From positions 1 through 39,664 of the IMG/VR virus record IMGVR_UViG_3300032884_000028: a DNA stretch of 39,664 nucleotides; one strand, given 5' to 3'. This DNA comes from a virus. Its lineage: Duplodnaviria > Caudoviricetes. Each line of letters starts with the position of its first letter. Within the stretch, counting starts at the first letter, position 1. Position numbers and translations under genes: made by a program. A model generated the notes under the pieces. That model worked only from the letters and a program-made list of their open reading frames with translations. It was not told the origin of the DNA and searched no databases. This document shows positions 29,228-37,062 of the stretch, one piece after another.

Positions 29228-31041
29228 GACAGCCTCTTAATTATTCCTTCGACGTTGTATGTGCATCCCGTAAACGTTCCAGAGGTAGCAATTGTAATTG
29301 CTGTAGATGCTTTAACTCTGATATGCCTAGAAAATCCCATGTATGGCACTGCACCATTGGCAAAAGCAATACTAGTTATAGTTGCTCCACCAGCCACCAA
29401 GCCAAATGTCATGGTTAATGTTCTTGCGATATTACCTTCATCAGTATAGGCACATGTAACAGAAAACGCTTCCGCACTTGATGTTGTTACTAACACGTTA
29501 GCACTTACTTCATAAGATCCATCAGCAGCAGTGTTTGTATAGGTAGATACGCTTGCATTGGCTGCAACCTGCGCAGTTGCTCTCCCAGAAGCATAAATAC
29601 CTGGTACTCCCCATCCAGAAGTAGCAATACCTGCATAAGATTCAAATTTGCCTGTGTTATTAATTACAACTCCAGCAGACCCACCTTGTGATTGAAAATA
29701 ATGTTTACCAGAATTTCCAGTATTATAAAGAATATCTATATCATTAGACGCCCATCGATGCGTGGTTCCAGAGGGTGCACTTCCTGCGCAGATTGCAGAA
29801 TATGCAGAGGATATCCATCCAAAAGACATTCTTAATGTTCCAGCATCGTACAAATTAGCAAAAGCTCCGTTTGCACCAGGTGAAACTGCAGATACATTAA
29901 ATAATTGATTAGCGCCTGTTTTACATTGTATTGAATAATGTGACCCAGACCCAACGACTGTAGAAGTTCTATTGATTAATAGATCTGTACCACCAGCAGT
30001 AGATGTTTGATTATATGTTGGACTAATTGCAGCAAATATCTGAGTGCCGCTAGAAGCAGTTAATTCTCCTGCTGCGCCTACGCTGTCAACACTAAACATT
30101 ACAGGAGTAGATACCGTTGTTGAATCTACGTTTTGCTGAACATGTAACTGAGATGTTGGAGACGCAATACCTATTCCAAGTCTCTTATTAGTATTATCCC
30201 ATGCAGCGTCACTAGTAGCTGTTTGAGCAAGTACAGGTCCTGTCCCTACATAAAGTAAAGAGTTAGCTGTACCGCTAGTTATACCTACACCAATTGCTGG
30301 TTGAGCGCCTTGTAATCCTTGATTACCCTGAGTACCTTGGAAACCTTGATTACCCTGGTTACCTTGAGTTCCTTGAAAACCCTGGTTGCCTTGTGTTCCT
30401 TGAAAACCCTGGTTGCCTTGTGTTCCTTGAAATCCCTGTGGACCTTGAAAGCCTTGATTACCTTGCGTGCCTTGTGAGCCTTGAGGACCTTGAAAACCTT
30501 GAGGACCTTGAAATCCTTGTACACCTTGAGAACCTTGCGTTCCTTGAAAACCTTGTACACCTTGAGGTCCAGTTAGACCTTGTAATCCTTGGTTACCTTG
30601 AAAACCTTGTACACCTTGAGTTCCTTGAAATCCTTGGTTACCTTGGAATCCTTGCGTACCTTGAAAACCTTGTACACCTTGAGTTCCTTGGTTACCTTGG
30701 AGTCCTTGCGTACCTTGAAAACCTTGAGTTCCTTGCGAACCTTGAGAACCAGTAGCTCCTACTTCACCTTGAAAACCTTGTGTACCCTGTACACCTTGAA
30801 ATCCCTGTGGACCTTGAGCACCTTGTGGACCAACACCATTTGCAAGTAGTCCGTTAGAATCAACAAATAGACCATCGCCTGGAGATGCTCCAGTGACCGG
30901 TTGTCCGATATATAAATTGGTTTTAAATTTTGTCATTTGCTCTGATATTTCACAGAGCAAATTTAAAGTTCCTTGTTGGAACTGGTCAGTGTTTATACAC
31001 TTCGGTATTTCATTGCAAGGATCTGATGGGTCAAACGCCAT
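29224..31041 (-). CDS. Collagen-like fibre protein 1 with tail-fibre-like C-terminal region
   Basis: GAGGAG SD; N-terminal anchor peptide; about 59 GXY triplets; 'WDNTNKRLGIGIASP...LHV' fibre motif. Confidence 0.85.
   Translation of the reverse strand: MAFDPSDPCNEIPKCINTDQFQQGTLNLLCEISEQMTKFKTNLYIGQPVTGASPGDGLFVDSNGLLANGVGPQGAQGPQGFQGVQGTQGFQGEVGATGSQGSQGTQGFQGTQGLQGNQGTQGVQGFQGTQGFQGNQGFQGTQGVQGFQGNQGLQGLTGPQGVQGFQGTQGSQGVQGFQGPQGFQGPQGSQGTQGNQGFQGPQGFQGTQGNQGFQGTQGNQGFQGTQGNQGNQGFQGTQGNQGLQGAQPAIGVGITSGTANSLLYVGTGPVLAQTATSDAAWDNTNKRLGIGIASPTSQLHVQQNVDSTTVSTPVMFSVDSVGAAGELTASSGTQIFAAISPTYNQTSTAGGTDLLINRTSTVVGSGSHYSIQCKTGANQLFNVSAVSPGANGAFANLYDAGTLRMSFGWISSAYSAICAGSAPSGTTHRWASNDIDILYNTGNSGKHYFQSQGGSAGVVINNTGKFESYAGIATSGWGVPGIYASGRATAQVAANASVSTYTNTAADGSYEVSANVLVTTSSAEAFSVTCAYTDEGNIARTLTMTFGLVAGGATITSIAFANGAVPYMGFSRHIRVKASTAITIATSGTFTGCTYNVEGIIKRLS
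30301..30831 (-). repeat. 9-nt periodic repeat encoding G-X-Q triplets
   Basis: Includes an exact 27-nt tandem unit near 30370-30425. Confidence 0.95.
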
Positions 31042-31048
31042 AACATAC

Positions 31049-31165
31049 CTACTCCTCTAACGCCCGCAAAATTGAGCAAAGTATGATGAGCGTCGCTTGA
31101 CGAAACAAGTTCTTATCAATCGACGCTGGAATACATGCACAAGGTGTACAAGGATTAAAGGCCAT
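31049..31165 (-). CDS. Unannotated 38-aa Cys peptide paralogous to the N-terminus of collagen fibre 1
   Basis: Manual translation MAFNPCTPCACIPASIDKNLFRQATLIILCSILRALEE*, versus MAFDPSDPCNEIPKCINTDQFQQGTLNLLCEISEQMTK. Confidence 0.8.
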   Translation of the reverse strand: MAFNPCTPCACIPASIDKNLFRQATLIILCSILRALEE

Positions 31166-31168
31166 ACA

Positions 31169-31588
31169 CTAATTCTTCTGGAAGAGTCTTCCGTAAACAT
31201 AAATATCTGCCGTTGCAGCTGCACCCTGTGCAGTTGTAAGAGAGAAATATAGGTTAGAAAGATTTAGTACATCTGTAAGAGCAGAGTTAGCAAGTGTAAG
31301 AGCAACAAATTTAGTAGATGCCGTTAGTGCAGTATAAACCTGCCCTGCTGCTACTACTGCAGTTCCACCTTTGGAAGCTGCGGTATATACACCACCAGCT
31401 GCTGTAGTAAGAGAGATACTTGCATTGGTTACTACAATCTTATCAAGAATGAAGTTACCTGCGAGTGTTGTTACCAGATTGTCCGCATCAGCAATTTGAA
31501 GTGCTAAAGCCTGGTCAGCTGTTACATTCAAATTAGCGCCAATAAGCTTGGCGATAACTCTAAGATCACTTGGGAAATAATTTTTCAT
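31169..31588 (-). CDS. Putative capsid decoration/cement protein
   Basis: Directly follows the capsid gene; 139 aa, A/T/L/V-rich beta pattern; AAGGA SD. Confidence 0.55.
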   Translation of the reverse strand: MKNYFPSDLRVIAKLIGANLNVTADQALALQIADADNLVTTLAGNFILDKIVVTNASISLTTAAGGVYTAASKGGTAVVAAGQVYTALTASTKFVALTLANSALTDVLNLSNLYFSLTTAQGAAATADIYVYGRLFQKN

Positions 31589-31615
31589 GGACGTTGTTCC
31601 TTAAATATATAAATC

Positions 31616-31643
31616 AGGGAGTAGTCAAACAGACCTACTCCCT
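31616..31643 (-). terminator. Stem-loop after the major capsid gene (attenuator/terminator or mRNA stabiliser)
   Basis: AGGGAGTAG/CTACTCCCT 9-bp inverted repeat 7 nt after the capsid stop; weak U-tract on -, TTTT on +. Confidence 0.65.
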
Positions 31644-31650
31644 TTTAAAA

Positions 31651-33537
31651 TTAACTAGCGCAAGGCGTTACTATTGGAGCAATACCGCATTCTGGACATG
31701 TAGCATCCGTTGAAGGAGGTACACAAAGAGCTACTACACCATTTCTATCGCAAACAACGTCTGCGTTAAGATTGGTAGTACCAGCACCAGTCGGATCATC
31801 AGTAGGACCGTAACCAGCGTTGTACTCAAGTACCCATACGAGGTTAATCATATCTGCACTTACAACCAAGAACTCCTGTACTGTTCCATCGCCCATGTAA
31901 CCATTAACAACTTGACCAGCTGTTACAGCTTTAATTGGGTTAGAAAGAACAACTGAGAAGTCACCAGTTTCAGTTGAGCGACAATCGTTAGCAACAAGAA
32001 CCGTTGAGCTACATCCAAGTGTGTTATCACAGAATACTGTGGTTAGACCGTTACAGTTAGTAAGAGTCGTTCCAGCAGCGAACTGAATTGAAAGCGTCTT
32101 ACCATCAGTGGTAATAGCCGATACAGTTCCAGTGATATATCCACCAGTTGAAAGACCAATCTGGATGCTGTCATCTACAGCAGCATCAATTGGTACTGCG
32201 AATACTACAGTGTAGAGTCCTGAAGTAAAAGCGCTAGCAACAGCTGAGAGGACCAAAGGACATGGGCAGCTCGTAATAGCTGGAACATTGTTGTCACAGA
32301 CTACTGGAGTTGGAGGACATACATCAGCAGCAAAATACTGAGCAGCACTTGCAGCAGAAGGACGTGGAACCATAATACCGTAAACTCCACCAGAATATTG
32401 AGGAGCAAGTGCCATCTCGATTGAGGTAGCATAATGTCCCTGTCTTCGGAAAGGGTCACATTCAGTCTGAATGTTTACCCATAACCAGTTGTTCATAAAC
32501 GATGGCTCAGGACCAAAATCCGTTCCTTGACCAATCGTGCTGATCTGATCACGGTAGAATACGCTGAAAGGCGCTTTACCATAAATCAGAACTTCTTCGT
32601 AAGTTGCGTTTTCCCAAGCTGGGTTAAGGTCAGAAAAGTTTCCGATCTCAGCAGGAATACCATTTACATATGGGAAGATTTCTACCCATTGGCTATCGGT
32701 ATACTCAAATCGACGTGGGTAAAGAAGCGGAGCATTAATGAACTGTCCACGGATAGAACTCATGAAGTTATATCTTTGTAAGAGTGCATCAGCTGCAGAG
32801 CTGAAACGTAGGTCAGCTCTAGCATTTGCGTCAGCAATATAGAGGTCATCCATTACTTCGTCAGAAGCAGAGATGGCATAAATTGGCTGTCCGTTCTGAA
32901 TATCGAAAGGAACCACATCCGAGCGTCTACGAAGACCTTCGTAAAGCTTTGTAAGCATACGGAAGTTTAGTTTAGCAAGGGTTGCTGTTCCAAGAGCGCG
33001 ATACTCGTAAGGATTAGCAGAGTTACCTTTGATACCCTGTCCGTCAACGATAAGCTTCTTAGCAATACCGGTGAGGAAGTTAAGACCAATGTTGTACTCT
33101 TTGAAGAATGCAACTTGGTATTGGATGTTTTCAATGATTTTAGCAAACGTCTGTTCGAACTCGAAAGCCGACTTGATTTCGTTTACGCAATAATCAGGGG
33201 TACGGAACTCACGTCTCATAAGAGAGATAAGTCTTCGTTCAAATCCATGACCCTGAAAAACTGACCAGTTATATGAGCAATCGTTCACACATGGCTCACA
33301 TCCGGCGGATGAGTTAAGCTTTTTCCACAGGTCAAATCCTCTTTCCACTTCTGGTAGAGACCCTCTAAAAACGAGCTGTTGCATTACCGAATCAGTTGCT
33401 TCCCATCTTTTAAGATCCCAAAGATCAGCCAACCACATTGGCATCTTGTAAGAGAAATCTAGGATTTCTGCAGCGATATCAGGAGTTCCTGCAAGGAATG
33501 CCTGATTGAATGTTTCGTACGTATATTGTGAGGACAT
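31651..33537 (-). CDS. Major capsid protein with ~220-aa Cys-rich C-terminal extension
   Basis: Position after portal and scaffold-like gene; own leader and downstream hairpin; ~400-aa core followed by a Pro/Cys linker and beta-rich domains. Confidence 0.75.
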   Translation of the reverse strand: MSSQYTYETFNQAFLAGTPDIAAEILDFSYKMPMWLADLWDLKRWEATDSVMQQLVFRGSLPEVERGFDLWKKLNSSAGCEPCVNDCSYNWSVFQGHGFERRLISLMRREFRTPDYCVNEIKSAFEFEQTFAKIIENIQYQVAFFKEYNIGLNFLTGIAKKLIVDGQGIKGNSANPYEYRALGTATLAKLNFRMLTKLYEGLRRRSDVVPFDIQNGQPIYAISASDEVMDDLYIADANARADLRFSSAADALLQRYNFMSSIRGQFINAPLLYPRRFEYTDSQWVEIFPYVNGIPAEIGNFSDLNPAWENATYEEVLIYGKAPFSVFYRDQISTIGQGTDFGPEPSFMNNWLWVNIQTECDPFRRQGHYATSIEMALAPQYSGGVYGIMVPRPSAASAAQYFAADVCPPTPVVCDNNVPAITSCPCPLVLSAVASAFTSGLYTVVFAVPIDAAVDDSIQIGLSTGGYITGTVSAITTDGKTLSIQFAAGTTLTNCNGLTTVFCDNTLGCSSTVLVANDCRSTETGDFSVVLSNPIKAVTAGQVVNGYMGDGTVQEFLVVSADMINLVWVLEYNAGYGPTDDPTGAGTTNLNADVVCDRNGVVALCVPPSTDATCPECGIAPIVTPCAS

Positions 33538-33574
33538 AGTAAATACCTATTAAATAAACAAATTATATTGAGTG

Positions 33575-33650
33575 AGATTGATATACACAGAAAAACGGAC
33601 GCTTTCTGGGATGGGACTACACGAGCGCATACGCTCGGAATATCATTATC
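33575..33650 (-). promoter_or_regulatory. Candidate structured 5' leader RNA of the capsid gene
   Basis: Nested inverted repeats: TGATAT/ATATCA (33579-84/33640-45) enclosing CAGAAA/TTTCTG and CGAGCG-CATA-CGCTCG. Confidence 0.45.
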
Positions 33651-33676
33651 CTGCACACTTAAATTAAATGTGTAAA
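33648..33676 (-). promoter_or_regulatory. Putative capsid promoter TTTACA-N16-GCAGGAT
   Basis: Copy of the shared bipartite motif upstream of the capsid leader. Confidence 0.55.
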
Positions 33677-33713
33677 TACTATTTCTTATACAATTGATTT
33701 AGACTATACTAAC

Positions 33714-33731
33714 TAGATTAGGAATAATCTA
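33714..33731 (+). promoter_or_regulatory. Hairpin over the ribosome-binding site of the endonuclease gene
   Basis: TAGATTA-GGAA-TAATCTA, 3 nt before ATG 33735; contains the AGGA SD. Confidence 0.5.
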
Positions 33732-33734
33732 ACT

Positions 33735-35396
33735 ATGAGAGCAGGAACAACATCATTTGAAACTTTTTTAGAAAAAGCTAACACAAAACATAACAGTTTC
33801 TACACATATAAAAAAGAAACCTATCACTCCCTACCTAGGGATCTTACAATAACATGCCCCACACACGGAGATTTTTCTCAAAGAGCAAATAGACATTTAA
33901 GCGGTTCAGGATGTCCAAAATGTGCGCGTGAAAAAGACGGAAAACGACGGGCAGATACTACAGAAAACTTCGTACATAAGATGACCAAGAAATGGGGGAA
34001 TATCTTTAACTACGATAAAACTGTCTACACTACTATACTTAATCCTGTAACTATTACCTGCCCAATACACGGAGATTTTGAAATACTTCCAGTAAATGCT
34101 TTTAAGGGTAAATGGCACAGATGTCTTGAGTGCAGGGAAAAAGAAACTAAAAAATACGGTCAACAAGAATTCGTAGATATATGTAAAAAAATACATGATA
34201 ACAAATACACTTATGAAAAAACTGTTTACCAATACATGCAAGACAAGATAACCATAACTTGCCCGATCCACGGCGATTTCTCACAACGAGCCTCCCACCA
34301 CTTACATAATAAATCAGGATGTAAAAAATGCAGTCTTCCTAGACATAGTACCGATCATTTTTTAACTGCTGCTTACAAAGTTCATGGAGATAAATACGAC
34401 TATAGTAAAACTGTCTACACACGAAACGTAGATAAAGGGATAATTATATGTCCTAACCATGGAGAGTTTACACAGATGTTTATGACACATCTTGCTGGTA
34501 AAGGATGTCCTAAATGTAAAGTAGTCACATCTGTTCCACAAAAATCATTACAAGAATATATTAAATCAATATATACAGGTCCTATAGAAACAAATATAAA
34601 AATAATGGATAAAAAGGAAGTAGATGTAAATCTTCCTAAAGAAAATATTGCTATAGAATTAGACGGGGTTTTTTGGCACAGTACTAAAGGATCAAATTAT
34701 CAAAGACTACCAATCGAAAAACGTAGGAATACCGCTTTAAAAAATCAAACCTATAAGCATGATGAGTTAGCAAAAAAAGGGATACGTCTTATAACTATTT
34801 TAGATTTGGAATGGGATAATCATACCGAAGCAGTAAAGAACTTACTACTCCACTCTCTACATGTACTACCAAAAATAGGTGCTAGAGAATGCGAATTAAA
34901 AAAAATATCGTACACCGATTGTAAAGAATTCCTAAACACCTACCATGTACAAGGAGCCACTCCTGCCAAGCACTACTATGCCTTATATAATGGTACTGAT
35001 CTTATCTCTGTCATGTCATTTAGAATGACTAAAGGAGAATGGGAACTAGCAAGATATTGCAGCACGATGAGTGTGCAAGGGGGTGCTCAAAGACTTCTTA
35101 ATGCTTTTATAAAGGAAATATCTCCATCTAAGATAGTTTCGTTTTGTCATAACCGATTATTTAGTGGCGCAGTCTATGATTCCCTAGGATTTACAAAAGA
35201 AAAACAATATCCTTTTGACTACTATTTCTTTTATAAAGGAGAACTTTTTTCTAGACGCCACTTTACCAAACAAAAAATACCTAAAGAGTTTCACTTAAAA
35301 GGTTACTTTGAAACCACAGAAAACTATGGTGCACATACACTATTTGTCCCAGGTGGATCAAAATACGTAAAATATCTAACTACTAACCCTACTTAA
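33735..35396 (+). CDS. Putative homing endonuclease: 4x DUF723-like Zn-ribbon repeats + Vsr/Hef-like nuclease + GNAT-like C-terminal domain
   Basis: Four 'I.CPxHG.F...CxxC' repeats; 'EVDVNLP..NIAIELDGVFWH...K......GI.LI.I...EW'; 'ELARYC....GGAQRL...F......IVSF......G.VY..LGF'; antisense within the virion operon. Confidence 0.8.
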   Translation: MRAGTTSFETFLEKANTKHNSFYTYKKETYHSLPRDLTITCPTHGDFSQRANRHLSGSGCPKCAREKDGKRRADTTENFVHKMTKKWGNIFNYDKTVYTTILNPVTITCPIHGDFEILPVNAFKGKWHRCLECREKETKKYGQQEFVDICKKIHDNKYTYEKTVYQYMQDKITITCPIHGDFSQRASHHLHNKSGCKKCSLPRHSTDHFLTAAYKVHGDKYDYSKTVYTRNVDKGIIICPNHGEFTQMFMTHLAGKGCPKCKVVTSVPQKSLQEYIKSIYTGPIETNIKIMDKKEVDVNLPKENIAIELDGVFWHSTKGSNYQRLPIEKRRNTALKNQTYKHDELAKKGIRLITILDLEWDNHTEAVKNLLLHSLHVLPKIGARECELKKISYTDCKEFLNTYHVQGATPAKHYYALYNGTDLISVMSFRMTKGEWELARYCSTMSVQGGAQRLLNAFIKEISPSKIVSFCHNRLFSGAVYDSLGFTKEKQYPFDYYFFYKGELFSRRHFTKQKIPKEFHLKGYFETTENYGAHTLFVPGGSKYVKYLTTNPT

Positions 35397-36704
35397 AACA
35401 GCTCTACCTGCAGCTGCCGCACCCACTCCACGTGTAGTTCCTACATTACTTGGAGCTGAGTTGCTGTTCATTCCTCGGTTAAGCCCTGGTCTATTAAGAG
35501 AAGTCTTATTCTTCATTAGATTCTCTAATTCAGCTACTCGTGCGTTTGCCGTATCAAGCTGTGTTTTTAGTACTACAGAGTAATGTGCGAGCTGGTCAGA
35601 CCTAGCTAATTTCATAGCAAGTTCTTTTGGAATCTCTGTTAATCCGTGTTCAGCCAATGCACTAATAGTCCTGCCATATTCGTGAGCAGCCTTAGCTAGG
35701 ATTGGCCGAACAAACTTCTCATTATGTTCAGTATCCCCCTCTTTATAAGTAATCTGAGAAAACCTATCATCTTCTCTAAGACCAATAACTGAGTCAGTCC
35801 AAGCTTCCTTAGAAGTATGAACGATAACCTGATTGGCTCTCATCTTACGTTCTTTAATAATCGTATCATTTTCTTCCTGCATTCTAGCCATCATCTTAGC
35901 AGGCTCTTTTTCAGCCTCCATTGCTTGAGCTTGTATCCCCTGGATATTTCTAATAAACCCTTTAGCTTCAATAGCGCTAATAGGATTTTTAAAATTGGCC
36001 GCTAAAATGTTGTCGAGTTCTTGAACGTTTTTAGCTCCCAATGCTTGGTTAATAACAGCCTCATTAACTCCATAATCAGCCGCAATTTGCTTTAATTTGT
36101 TCTCATTTTCTGTAGAAGGTTTTACAAACTTTTCTTGATAAACTGCGGAACCTTTAAAGTTGTACAGCTTTTCGTACACCTCTAACTGGGCAATTCTATC
36201 TTGTTGTTTTTGAGTAAGTTCAGGTACGGCTAACCCTGCTTCGTATTCGGCGGACTTTTTCCTAAGTACACTTAGCTCTTCATAGTGTTTCCTATTTTCT
36301 TCATTGGTATTTCTTACCTTAGCTCTAAGACGTTTGATAAGCTTTTTAGCTCCTTCATCAAAGTTATCAATAGGAGTCTCGTCAACATCTTCCCCAATAA
36401 CATCCTGTGGGACTACGTTTTCTGCAGTAGGAGTAACTTCTTGTACTGCTTCTTTCTTAGTCTCTGTCTGTGGATCTAGCTCATAGCTAATCTCACTCTC
36501 AATACTAGAAGGAATAGTTGGCTCTACACTAGCAGATGTATCTACTAAAGGTTTAGCAGCTACTTCTTTTTTAATAGCTACGGCAGGTTTACCTGGAGTA
36601 ATGACAGTAGTTTCTGTACTTCCTGCCGCTCGTTTTAATAGACTTCTAGCGGTATTGACGCGACTTGTAACAACATCTGTTTTAGAATTATTTACGTTTT
36701 CCAT
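35376..36704 (-). CDS. Putative scaffolding protein
   Basis: Lies between portal and capsid; acidic disordered N-terminus followed by long coiled coils. Confidence 0.55.
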   Translation of the reverse strand: MENVNNSKTDVVTSRVNTARSLLKRAAGSTETTVITPGKPAVAIKKEVAAKPLVDTSASVEPTIPSSIESEISYELDPQTETKKEAVQEVTPTAENVVPQDVIGEDVDETPIDNFDEGAKKLIKRLRAKVRNTNEENRKHYEELSVLRKKSAEYEAGLAVPELTQKQQDRIAQLEVYEKLYNFKGSAVYQEKFVKPSTENENKLKQIAADYGVNEAVINQALGAKNVQELDNILAANFKNPISAIEAKGFIRNIQGIQAQAMEAEKEPAKMMARMQEENDTIIKERKMRANQVIVHTSKEAWTDSVIGLREDDRFSQITYKEGDTEHNEKFVRPILAKAAHEYGRTISALAEHGLTEIPKELAMKLARSDQLAHYSVVLKTQLDTANARVAELENLMKNKTSLNRPGLNRGMNSNSAPSNVGTTRGVGAAAAGRAVLSRVSS

Positions 36705-37059
36705 TTAGTATCTCCAAATCTTTTTCAGTTAAATCACCTTTAGCTTTCGCTCTCTCTAACGCTCCAAACATCGGAACAAGATCTTTTTTAGCTTTTTCTT
36801 CTGTTAGGTACATCTCTTCAAAATACATAATGTCATCAAGACACTTATTGTACCCTTCACAAAATGCCGCAGTACTAGCTGCAATATTTATGTTTGCTCC
36901 CTGATCATATAAGAATGGTCTATTAAACAACCTAAGAAAATCAGGAAGTCCTGATTCCCTTAGCATGTTCTTACCAGCCTTATAGTTTTCAACAGCGATA
37001 GGATTAAGCTTAAATCTATCTAGTTCAATATCCTGTATACGCCGTGGATTAAATCCCAT
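36688..37059 (-). CDS. Hypothetical protein downstream of portal
   Basis: Coupled to portal and scaffold-like genes; helical 'A.F.EGY...L..I'. Confidence 0.7.
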   Translation of the reverse strand: MGFNPRRIQDIELDRFKLNPIAVENYKAGKNMLRESGLPDFLRLFNRPFLYDQGANINIAASTAAFCEGYNKCLDDIMYFEEMYLTEEKAKKDLVPMFGALERAKAKGDLTEKDLEILNGKRK

Positions 37060-37062
37060 ACA

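Noticed and set aside
28778-29449. 223-aa + strand ORF and other alternative-frame ORFs over the collagen genes
   Set aside because: Low-complexity shadow frames kept open by the repeat; no SD or independent signal
27140-30831. Periodic repeats as a CRISPR array or satellite
   Set aside because: Period is 9 nt with no unique spacers; fully explained by Gly-X-Gln coding
33575-33650. Hammerhead ribozyme or tRNA in the capsid leader
   Set aside because: No CUGAnGA core, no T-loop GTTC motif and no cloverleaf
33459-33656. 65-aa minus-strand ORF overlapping the capsid start
   Set aside because: Out of frame with the capsid gene, no SD, and spans the promoter and leader structure
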